This document shows positions 53,807 to 64,000 of a stretch of DNA of 64,000 bases, one piece after another. Each line of letters opens with the position of its first letter. Positions within the stretch are counted from its first letter, which is position 1. The notes below the pieces were generated by a model, which saw only the letters and a program-made list of their open reading frames with translations, ran no database searches and was not told the DNA's origin. Source of the stretch: Octopus bimaculoides (taxonomy: Eukaryota); assembly GCF_001194135.2 (NCBI RefSeq), contig NC_068990.1, positions 28,354,184 through 28,418,183 of the forward strand, read 5' to 3'. Position numbers and translations under genes: made by a program.

Positions 53807-54254
53807 CGAATGGATGGATGGGTAGGTGGATGGGTGGATAGATGGATAAATAGTTAGATAGCGTATATATATATATATATGTATGTAAACATATATGTAT
53901 ATATATATATATTATGTGTGTGTATGTGTGTTTATCTCTGTGTGAGTATGTGTGCTTATCTATGCGTGTGTATGTGTTTGCGCGTGTGTGTATGTGTTTA
54001 CGTGTGTGTGTATGTGTTTGCGTGTGTGTGTGTGTGCGCGCGTGCCTGGGTGCATGTATGCGCATCTGCGCCGGCGCGTACGAGCTTAAGTGTCGGACTT
54101 GAAAAGAAGTACTGGGGATGGATTTCTTCGACGAAATCCCCAATGGCGCGCTCCAGCACGGCTGCAAACAAAGAGCGAGACTAGCGAAAGATAATATATA
54201 ATATGAAACGTTTGTATATTGAATAAAAGAGACCACAAAATTTATCATGGGGCT

Positions 54255-54470
54255 GAAAGCGGCCGACTGGGAGAATCGTTAGCATACCGGACAAGACTTT
54301 TAGTGGCATTTCGTCCGACTGTAGGTTCCGAGTTCAAATTGCGCTGAGGTCCAATTTGCCTTTCATTCATTTGGGGGGCAGTAAAATCAGTACCAGTTCA
54401 ACAAAGGGGGTTCATGTAATGGATTTATCCCTACTCTCCAAAACTGGTGGCCTTGAGCCAAAATTTGAAA
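54255..54470 (+). mobile_element. SINE family A
   Basis: gaatcgttagcataccggac..ttccgagttcaaattgcgctgaggtccaatttgcctttcattc..agtaccag. Confidence 0.75.
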
Positions 54471-54487
54471 TCAATATGTAATGTAGG

Positions 54488-54518
<31 letters not shown>

Positions 54519-54746
54519 CACACACACACATACATACACATGTACATAAATTGTGGTTGTCTACTCCTTATGCAGAGTGTGACCACCTACACCTTAGAAC
54601 CGTCATGGCATTTGATGTGGCTTTTTAAACCAGACAATATTTTGAAAAGACACATTCATCTGATTGCGTATCCGATTTGGACCACCAAGAACAGCCGTTA
54701 AGTTCTGATATCTGTGGATCTTAAAATGTATACACACACACACTCG

Positions 54747-54783
<37 letters not shown>

Positions 54784-54962
54784 AGCAATGTTAATTCTCT
54801 AAATGAAGTATTAACAGTAACTGCACGATAAAGTGTAGTATATTGCCACTTAAGTGTGGCTGACCCCTAGGGGTGGATGTTACTGTTGCTTTTAGCCCCA
54901 GGAGGACATCTCCTCCAGCTGGCTTATCGACACACGACTGTGTCCTGTTTGCCAAGGGAAGT

Positions 54963-54999
<37 letters not shown>

Positions 55000-55134
55000 T
55001 TCCTAAGTAGTGCTTATAGTGCTTACACACTTTCCGAGCTATCTACGATGGTCATGACACGAAGATCTTGTTACTTCAGGAAATACTATACCCAGAAAAT
55101 ATCCAGAAACGAATCACCATATATGTATATAAAT

Positions 55135-55175
<41 letters not shown>

Positions 55176-55194
55176 TATACTTTTATTATTTTAT

Positions 55195-55404
55195 TGCTTT
55201 ACTTGTTTCAGCTATTTGGGTGCGGCCAAATGGAGCACCAGTTTAGTCGAACATATCGACCATAGAAATTATTCTATGTAAGCCTAGTATTTATGCTATG
55301 GTTCACTTTTTCCGGACCGCTGGACTACAAGGACGTATATACACCAACATCGGCTCTCAAGCGATGGTAGGGGCGACATACACAAACACACAAACATATA
55401 CATA

Positions 55405-55441
<37 letters not shown>

Positions 55442-55590
55442 GATGGGCTTCTTTCAGTTTCCGTCTCTCAAATCCACTCACAATGCTTTGGTCGGCCAGA
55501 GGCTATAGTGGAAGGCAATTGTCCAGGTTGTCACGCAGTGGAACTGAACCCGGAACCATGTGGTTGGACAGCAAACTTCTTACCACACAC
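55195..55590 (-). mobile_element. SINE family B with internal (TA)n
   Basis: ttacttgtttcagc..gtaagcctagta..cgatgggcttctttcagtttccgtc..cacgcagtggaactgaacccggaaccatgtgg. Confidence 0.85.
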
Positions 55591-56398
55591 TTTTAGTTTG
55601 TATATGAATGTGCGCGTGCGTACGTACATTTTTAAATGCTTATGCACCAGTTCAGTTGCACACACACACACAAACACACACATACACACACACGTAGAAA
55701 CACACGTAGAAGTATATACACGTACAATTCAGTGATATAACTGAAGTATTGTCCACATTTTGGTCATCATTTTCACAGGTATTTGGATTTGGATTACCCT
55801 AAGGCCTATTCAGTTGTTTGTTGTTCACTGTAACACACTCAAATATACACACATATATATACACACATATATATATATATAGTGTTTGGTGATGTTGCAC
55901 ATGTCAGTACACGTATCCATGTATTTAGGGATATTGGTGTTTTGCCAGCTGCGTGGCTGCTCGACGAAATTTGAAGTTCTCTCTCATTCGCTCCAGAAAA
56001 TTGCCAAGCATAAGATTCCAAACTTTACTCATTCGTTGCTGGAATTGGTCGTTGAATCCTCTTTTTTTTTTCTCCATATAAATGCGCGCGCGCGTATTTC
56101 TGTATGAATAATCTCTGATTATATATTTTTTTATGCACAGCAGATATATATATGTGCGGTGTGTGTACGGGGTGGGGGTGTATGTATACAAACGTATTTT
56201 GCCGAATATTATTAATTCTGTCTTCTAATGTATGGAAATACTACTTCCTCTTCGCTACATTTGTGTGTGTATACATACATACAGACAGACAGGTAGACAG
56301 ACAGACAGATAGATAGACAGATAGATAGATAGACAGATAGATAGATAGACAGATAGATAGACAGATAGACAGGCAGACAGATATACACATTCTCACAA

Positions 56399-56441
<43 letters not shown>

Positions 56442-56565
56442 AATACATATATAAGAATATATGCATACATATATTCATGCATGCATACATATCCATAAAC
56501 ATATGCACGTGTGCGTATATATGTATATATATATATATATACATATGTGAACATATATGTGTATA

Positions 56566-56640
<75 letters not shown>

Positions 56641-56993
56641 NNNNNNNNNNNNNNNNNNNNNNNNNNNNNNNNNNNNNNNNNNNNNNNNNNNNNNNNNNNN
56701 NNNNNNNNNNNNNNNNNNNNNNNNNNNNNNNNNNNNNNNNNNNNNNNNNNNNNNNNNNNNNNNNNNNNNNNNNNNNNNNNNNNNNNNNNNNNNNNNNNNN
56801 NNNNNNNNNNNNNNNNNNNNNNNNNNNNNNNNNNNNNNNNTAGTTACCGTTGTAAACGCATTCTCTTTCTCTGATTGTATGTCATTCCACTAAGTTCAGC
56901 TCCTTCTTCTCCTTCTTCTTCTCCTTCTTCTCCTTCTTTTTCTTCTCCTTCTTCTCCTTCTTCTCCTTCTTCTCTACTTCTTCTATTTCTTGT

Positions 56994-57031
<38 letters not shown>

Positions 57032-57114
57032 TTTTCCTCCACATATTTCATATTTCATCTCCTTCTTTGTTTTGTCTATTTCTCCTTCCTCTCTACCCTC
57101 TCCCTTCTCTCTCT

Positions 57115-57149
<35 letters not shown>

Positions 57150-57349
57150 TTACAAAATGCACTGACCCATGACCTAAAAGAGGAATCCCTGGCAAAGAAC
57201 ATTATGTTGCTTCAGGAATGTGGGATTATCCTTGTTTTCTCTCCGGTGTATTCTCGTTCTTGACTATTGAGCTGAATAATGAGAAACTGAAACGCACCAC
57301 CTCTCCCACTCACACGAAATTCCATCGTCATCGCAGTTGCCGCCATCGC

Positions 57350-57970
57350 TATAGTTGTCATCGTTCACACTTGTCATCATCACCATCATCATCGTCATCG
57401 TCGCCGTCGTCATCATCACCATCATCATCATCGTCATCAACTATATTATCATCATTATCATCATCTTTATCATCATCAGCATCATTATCATCTCCATCAT
57501 CATTATTATCATCAACATCATGATCATCATCATCAATGTCATCATCATCATCATCATCTATATTATCATCATCATAATCTTTATCGTCATCTATATTATC
57601 ATCATCATCAACATTCTCATCAAACTCAACATCATCAATATCATCATCACAATCATCATTATCATCATCATGATCAATATAATCAATATCATTATCGTCA
57701 TCATCGTCGTCGTCATCATCATCATCATCATCGCTGTCGTCGTCATCACTACCATTACTTCCATCTCAATACAACCATCGTCATCATTGTCATAGTATTA
57801 TTCGTCGACGCTGTCAGCGTCGTTGTCCTCCCCGTCTTCCTCTTTGTTATCGTCCTCCTCGTTGTCTTCAGCGTTGTTCTCACCCTCGTTCTCAGGTGTC
57901 TGCTCGTCACCATCATTACCATTATCAACATCATAATCATCGTCGTCGTAGTCGTCGTCGTCGTTATCCC
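57350..57970. repeat. Long degenerate (ATC)n/(GTC)n tract
   Basis: About 620 bp seen directly; source of the poly-S, poly-I and poly-T ORFs. Confidence 0.95.
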
Positions 57971-58106
57971 CATCTGATCTCAGTCTCTCTCTTCCTCCCG
58001 AAACCTCGCTTTATCTTCATCACTTATTGTCGTCTTCGTTGATGTATTAATTTAAAGTCAACCTGTCATGTTAGACATATGGTGTCTTCTGCTCCTTTAT
58101 GCGCAA

Positions 58107-58153
<47 letters not shown>

Positions 58154-58199
58154 TATTCTAACAATAAAAAGAAAATAACTCGCACTGACATACCGTCAA

Positions 58200-58495
58200 T
58201 TACGAACGTTGAGGGTTCGGTTCCAGTTGATCTGATCAACAGAAGAGCCTGCTCATGTACAAGTGGTTGAGAACTTTACAGACACGTGTACCCTTAACGA
58301 AGTTCTCTGGGAGGATTCCTCATAACATACAAGCTGGCCCCTTTGTAATTACAGGTATGACTCATTTTTTCCAGCAGATTGGACTAGAACAACTTGAAAA
58401 AGAGTGTCTTGCTCAAGGACACAAGGTGATACCGAGTATCGAAGTCAGAACCCTATGATCGTGAACAGGTTAACCTAATCACTAATCAACGCGCC
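58200..58495 (-). mobile_element. SINE family C'
   Basis: gagggttcggttccagttgatctgatcaac..acacgtgtacccttaacg..ctcaaggacacaa..atcgaagtcagaacc. Confidence 0.75.
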
Positions 58496-58694
58496 TTCTG
58501 TCTTATATATGGCTAATTCTGTCTTAACAACAAAGATTTCATATTAATAAACGGAATCATATTAAATTATGAAAAGATCCGTATTGACTTTTGCTTTAAG
58601 TGCTTAGCATACAGCAATATGCAATTAATTAACAAAGAGAATATAAAATAAATGTAGAAAGCGAATTGTGTACTTAATGTTATATAAGAAATTA

Positions 58695-58924
58695 CAGAAA
58701 TCCCTCGACTATCGCGGGTGTTATGTTCCAACTACAAACCCCCCGCGATAGGTGACAATCCGCGAAATAGCAACAGTACGCTACTGTATATATATATATA
58801 TATATATATTATAATTTGTATATATTTGTTTTATTATAAATGTAAAACAACACCACGGAAGATTCGAAGTAAGCTTAAATGATAAACCGCGATAGTTGTA
58901 CCGCGATAATGTGAGAGATTGCTG
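58695..58924. mobile_element. pogo/Tigger-like MITE
   Basis: TA|CAGAAATCCCTCGACTATCGCGG ... CCGCGATAATGTGAGAGATTGCTG|TA imperfect TIRs with TA flanks. Confidence 0.8.
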
Positions 58925-59049
58925 TACTATCACTATTTTGTGGTGTGTTTATCACCAACGCACTAGTTTTTGTGATTTTCAGTCAATTAAAATTATTGGA
59001 TGTGTATGGGAGAACATATAAATACAGGTGTTCATACATATCTTTTACA

Positions 59050-59317
59050 TTTTACCTGTTTCGCTCATAAGGCTGCGGCCATGCTGGGGCATCGACTTGA
59101 ATTTTGTAGTCGAATGAAACGACGCCAAGACTTATTTTCAAAGCCTGGTACTTATGCTATCGATCCAGTCTGCCGATCCGCTAGGTTACGGGGATGTACA
59201 CACACCTACACCGATTGTCAAGTAGTGATGGGGAACAATCACAGACACACACACAGAGGCACACACACGCATACGCACACACACACACAAACACACACAC
59301 ACACACACACACACACT

Positions 59318-59371
<54 letters not shown>

Positions 59372-59515
59372 TACATATATAGACGACGGGCTTCTTCAAG
59401 ATTCCGTATCCGTATTTTGGGTCGGCCCGTGACTATAGTAGAAACAATTGCGCAAAGTGCTACGCAGTGAGACTGAACCTAGAGCCATGTGGGTGGGAAG
59501 CCAGCTTCTTACCAC
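59050..59515 (-). mobile_element. SINE family B with internal (CA)n(TA)n
   Basis: ctgcggccatgctggggc..aagcctggtacttat..gacgacgggcttct..cgcagtgagactgaacc..cttaccacac. Confidence 0.85.
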
Positions 59516-59537
59516 ACACACACATACATACATATGC

Positions 59538-59595
<58 letters not shown>

Positions 59596-60201
59596 CACAT
59601 TAAAACACTTATCCTAATTAATTGATGTAATTTGTGGTAACTGTTTTTATGATATTCAATGGGCGTGAAGAAGGATACTATTTGAAGAAGGATACTATTT
59701 GAAGAAGTTTGGCAGCATTTATTCACAAAATGGTTCTCTTTACAAACAGATTTTCTTGATACGATAAAAAAAAATAATATAATCTCCAATAATTTGTTGG
59801 GGTAAATGACATTCGGAAAACATAGAGTGCTTACAAATTATCGGCTGTTCTTATAATGTGGTGTAAACAACGCGACTAGCATTTCCTGTTATTCATGTAC
59901 TGGAAGTAGTTTCGAAATGGTTAATGGCGTTTTCATGGATACTGTTCTTTTACAAAATGATAAGAAAAATATGAGAAATGAGAAGGAATCTTAAATCCAA
60001 CAGATGAAGAATGAAAGAAGCGAGCATGCTTGAAAATATGATGTTGATATGAAGACAAAACAATGCAGAATAGCGTGGATGAATATAAAAATGCCAATGA
60101 CGAGAAAATAATTTATACCCAGAAGAAATTCATTTTATCTTAGTTCGTATTGTTTGGTTCTGTCATATATATTTCAGGTGTTTAGTGATTTCAGTGTTTA
60201 G

Positions 60202-60258
<57 letters not shown>

Positions 60259-60406
60259 ATATATATATGAGAGGTATTGGTATCCAGAAGACCCAAGGAT
60301 GCAGGTAATGCTATGCAAGTGCTATGGATGGACCGTAGTTAAAATCACGGTTCGATACTGATTCAAGTGAGGAGTCAAATGAGGCTCTTGTATGAGCATG
60401 TGTATG

Positions 60407-60634
60407 TAAAATAAAATAAGACAATAAAGCCAAGTCTGTGTGTAATTTTCAGGACATTATAAAGCGAAAGTTAGTCTTACATCTGTTTCTGTGATATTAG
60501 GGATAACATTCTCACTTCGTCTCTGAATAAGGGATATCCTTAATATCCCAGAAACAGCTAAAAGGCTAACTTTCTGGTTATAAATGTCCTGAAAATTCCA
60601 CACAGCGTCGGCTTTATTGTCTCATTTTATGTTA
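60407..60634. mobile_element. About 230-bp fold-back (MITE-like hairpin)
   Basis: 60413-60505 is the diverged reverse complement of 60535-60628, with a spacer of about 29 nt. Confidence 0.75.
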
Positions 60635-60714
60635 GGATGCCCGCCGATTTGTTTCTCGCAGAGTTTGGCTCTTTCCCAGCTCTGATGGCTGTTCCCCAGT
60701 TCCGTCAAAGGCGA

Positions 60715-61800
60715 TGGCTTTCTTGGAGGGTCGGATCCTTCTTCGGTATCCACTCACCCTCAGCTACTCTCCATTGTTCTGGGATCCTCCCTCTTCTCCA
60801 GAAGACTCCACAGACGCAGCAGAATGTTGGGACAGTTCTTATACATTTTGTATGAAGTGATACTCCGTCCTAGAGCAGAGCTTGCTCTTGCTCTTCGGAC
60901 ATCATCTCTGGCTTCCTTTAGCTGCAGCTCTGTCATGTCAACCTCCACCTCTGGTTCAGGGGGGTCTATGATGATGTTACACTCTCCTAACTCCTGCTCT
61001 CTTGCAGAGTCGCTGCATGTGTGCGTCAGATGCCCGCCTATGTCTTCCTCTGAAGAGGCAAGTTTACCACTGCGTTTCTGCTCCAACAAATCCTTAGTGA
61101 ACTTGAAGGGGTTGGAGATAAAGGCAGCACGCTTGTGCGCCCTCTCACGGTACCGCCTTCGGTACCATTCAGTCTGGCGGAGAAACCTGATCTTTCTTCC
61201 GTAGGCTGTACATCAGCTGGAGCAGGTGAATGCGTTCATCTCCGGCCGTCTTGTGTTGGGACTTCAGTGCCTTCATATCCTGCCTGATCTTATGGATCCT
61301 GACAGCTCTTTGATTATTTAAGTAAGTTGTTCTGGAGATTTTCTTCTCCTCACCGAATCGTCCAGCTGTGAAGATCACAATGATTGTTGTCATGGCTCCT
61401 CCTGAGACTCACCAGTTTGGACACCTATGCGTGTGATGTTTCTGCTCCCAACGTGCACTTCATCCTCACCCATTTCATTTTAGGTCTTGGATGTTTTTCC
61501 AGACATTACTGCATGTACACTTCTTATTCATAGTCCGTTGTCCATTGCTGGGGTCTGTTAACGATATGTCTGTCCCACTGGGGTACTTATTCGCCCCCCT
61601 CTCGGGCATCCTTGGAGGTCTTTCTCCATTGGATTCATCGTAGCTTATTCTGGGAGTCCTCCTCTCCGAGGACACAGATTGGGTTGCCAGCCCATTCTTA
61701 CCCGGTTGCCGTCTCTCCGACCTGTCACTGACTCTCCAGAAATCACCACTATCTTCATGGTTGCCTTCCAGTCTCTCTTAGCTGTCACTAATATAACTCA
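60715..61800 (-). mobile_element. HERO-clade (R2-like RLE) retrotransposon 5' part, internally deleted and 3'-truncated
   Basis: KKCTCSNVWKNIQDLK..RMKC (degenerate N-terminal zinc finger), GVQTGESQEEP|MTTII..RFGEEKK..NQRAVRIHKIRQ, RAAFISNPFKFTKDLLEQKRSGKL, RRARASSA, YKMYKNCP, WRVAEGEWIPK. Confidence 0.85.
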
Positions 61801-62053
61801 GAATGTTCATTGTGTGCATACATCAATGACTTGCACCTGGACACATCTTCAGTGATGTGCCTTGTATCATCGGGTATTTCGGGTCTTTCAACATCATACA
61901 CTCTCCTCCAGGGGATCCAGTTGGGGCTGATCAGACCCCAGCTTGTGTCCAGATGGCTAACTAGCTATTCCATGGTTCTCCTCTTTTGATCCACAGCCAT
62001 CTTGAGGCCCTCTCTGCCGCATCGGTCTTACTGCGGATGGCCTTCCTCCTTTC
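61800..62053 (-). mobile_element. HERO ORF C-terminus plus 3' UTR of an upstream tandem copy
   Basis: 62053-61961 translates ERRKAIRSKTDAAERASRWLWIKRGEPWNS*, the characteristic HERO C-terminus, followed by a structured UTR. Confidence 0.85.
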
Positions 62054-63420
62054 TAAAGTAATAAAATAATTTTGGCAAATTTTAAAGAATTTATCGTAGT
62101 ATTCGTAATCAATTTTGATATTGCCTCGACATGGTTTCTCTTTAGGTTTAATATATAATATAAATACAAAATAGGCGTTTTGTGTTCGGACGGTTTAATA
62201 GTAAACAAAATAAAACTATTAATTTACTACATAACATTTTTATTGTTCGGTGCATTAAGAGACAAAATAACACTGATTTATAAGCTGTAAAGCTGTATCT
62301 TTATGGTGTTCAGGACTTCAATACAAATTTATAACTAAATAACAACGTAACTTAGCAGCCTGGAAGACGATTTAATTGAGCAATTTGTATCAAGATGGAA
62401 AAAAATGATGCAATCAAGAGAGGATTGGAAGCGCATCGTGACCAGTGGCGTATAACAGCATCTCAGGGTCTGATCAATACTTTGGCACTGTCAACAACGA
62501 ACCTATTCATTCTTATGAAGCTCTCGTCGTTTCGAAATTGAGTATCTGATCACTATTGTTATTCGCATCGGAATACACGTGAGGAGGTGTCCCGAAGTCC
62601 CCTTTCACCGGTGGATCACATGTGATATGAATATAAATTGGGAAGCGATGTTTTCAAATAGTGAATTATTAGGGCGACCAAATATTCATGCTTGCTTCTT
62701 CCAGCACATGTTAACAACAAACAGATAGGTTCTTGTTTCCATTCTCGCTCTTTTTCATGCGCCCATCAATTATTATTTATTTGGCAGACATCAGCTCGGA
62801 CCCCCAATCTTAATATATAAAAATACCTTCTGTGTGTGTGTCCTCAATGCACGCTCAAACATCTGGATCAATCTGTACCATACTTGCGGTACATGAATAA
62901 TTTGACCTTGGAAAGAATAATATTTTATATTTCTTTTTCGGTTGATTCCCACCAAGAACTCGTACTCTTGTTAGATTCAGCGACCTGAAGTAGTTTTGGG
63001 TGAAGTGGCACACAACGAGGTGAAAATACAGCGGTATCTCGAAGTGCTCTTAAAAGGTGAAAACATGTTTTAAGAAAGGAAATATTCTGCGATGGCAAAT
63101 AACTTTCATCAACATATTTACTTTCGAGAATGTATTGAAAGTGAAGAAATACGATGTTCTTCGGATTCACGCTGTTCTACGTTCATCCTGTAAAAAATAA
63201 TGATATACTTCCCCGAAGTCTTTTGAATGTAAACACAATCTCAAATTGTGTCTGTCAGTGAGTTTGTCCGTCTGCTTATCTGTATGTATGCATGTATGTT
63301 TGTATAGAGACAGACAGATAGACAGATGGACACTGACACAGAAAATGCGAGAGAGAGACACAGTATGATATCGTTGGCTATATGTTCTCGCATGTATGTA
63401 TGCATGTATGTATGTATATA

Positions 63421-63964
63421 CGAGGGTGGGTCATAAAGTAATGCCATTGTGTTTAGGACAGGTATAATTACCAACACAGGAACATGTATCATACATCGAA
63501 ATGAAGCTGGTCCTTTGTGGATCACATCCCTGCTTCTCAACATAATCACCGTTTCTCTCAATAGCAATGTTTCTCCTTCGAATGAGAGCATGTATCCCTG
63601 CCCCGTAAAATTCTCTTGACTGTTCTTTGAGCCACTTCTTCACTACAGTTTTCACTTCCTCGACACTGGAATAATCTTCGGCCCCATGAAAAAGGGCTTG
63701 CGAGGGAAACATTATTTCAGTGACGAGGAAGTAGAAACTGTAGTGAAGAAGTGGCTCAAAGAACAGTCAACAACATTTTAGAGGACAGGGATATATGCTC
63801 TGATTCGAAGGCGGAACATTGCTATTGAGAGAAACGGTGACTATGTTGAGAATTAGGGATGAGATCCAGAAAGGACCAGCTTCATTTTGATGCATGATAC
63901 ATGTTCCTATGTTGGTAATTATACCTGTCCTAAACAAAATGGCATTACTTTTTGCCATACCCTC

Positions 63965-63965
<1 letters not shown>
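63421..63965. mobile_element. 545-bp palindromic mariner-derived element made of two inverted 3' ends
   Basis: TA|CGAGGG..AAAGTAATGCC / GGCATTACTTTT..CCCTCG|TA. Arms 63421-63675 and 63711-63965 both encode VKKWLKEQS..GI.ALIRRRNIAIERNGDYVE; 35-nt spacer. Confidence 0.9.

Positions 63966-64000
<35 letters not shown>

Noticed and set aside
59670-59710. 17-bp tandem duplication tgaagaaggatactatt x2
   Set aside because: Only two units with no spacers; ordinary slippage, not a CRISPR-like array.
62808-62890. Helitron-like 5' start (TC..atatataaaa..gtgtgt), also near 51226
   Set aside because: I could not find a matching 3' hairpin plus CTRR end.

Overview
AT-rich eukaryotic draft-assembly DNA with about 15 N gaps, almost all starting at (TA)n/(GT)n tracts. 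It is most likely an octopod cephalopod, inferred from recalled Octopus-type tRNA-SINE families and not verified. I recognise no host protein-coding gene, rRNA, genuine tRNA or CRISPR array. Nearly all ORFs in the track are microsatellite or N-gap artefacts; the rest are fragments of dead transposons. The window is a mosaic of microsatellites, about 28 copies or fragments of three tRNA-headed SINE families, Tc1/mariner-superfamily remnants and MITEs (mariner DD34D, Tc1, maT DD37D, pogo/Tigger-like), non-LTR retrotransposon remnants (R4/Dong, HERO, CR1-like, L1/Tx1-like) and Penelope-like elements (PLEs) with a C-terminal GIY-YIG domain. The most notable signal is catalytic RNA. (1) A 305-bp TSD-flanked element joins a tRNA-type Pol III head to an intact minimal hammerhead ribozyme (3546-3850). 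(2) Three PLE-type minimal hammerheads (16516, 20539, 44551) have cores that deviate from consensus at positions 3 and 8 while keeping that tertiary pair Watson-Crick (A-U, U-A, U-A). (3) A head-to-tail HERO junction has a 3' UTR containing all hammerhead core motifs in a non-canonical, pseudoknotted order. Several long fold-back elements could form dsRNA. Boundaries of degenerate elements are approximate.
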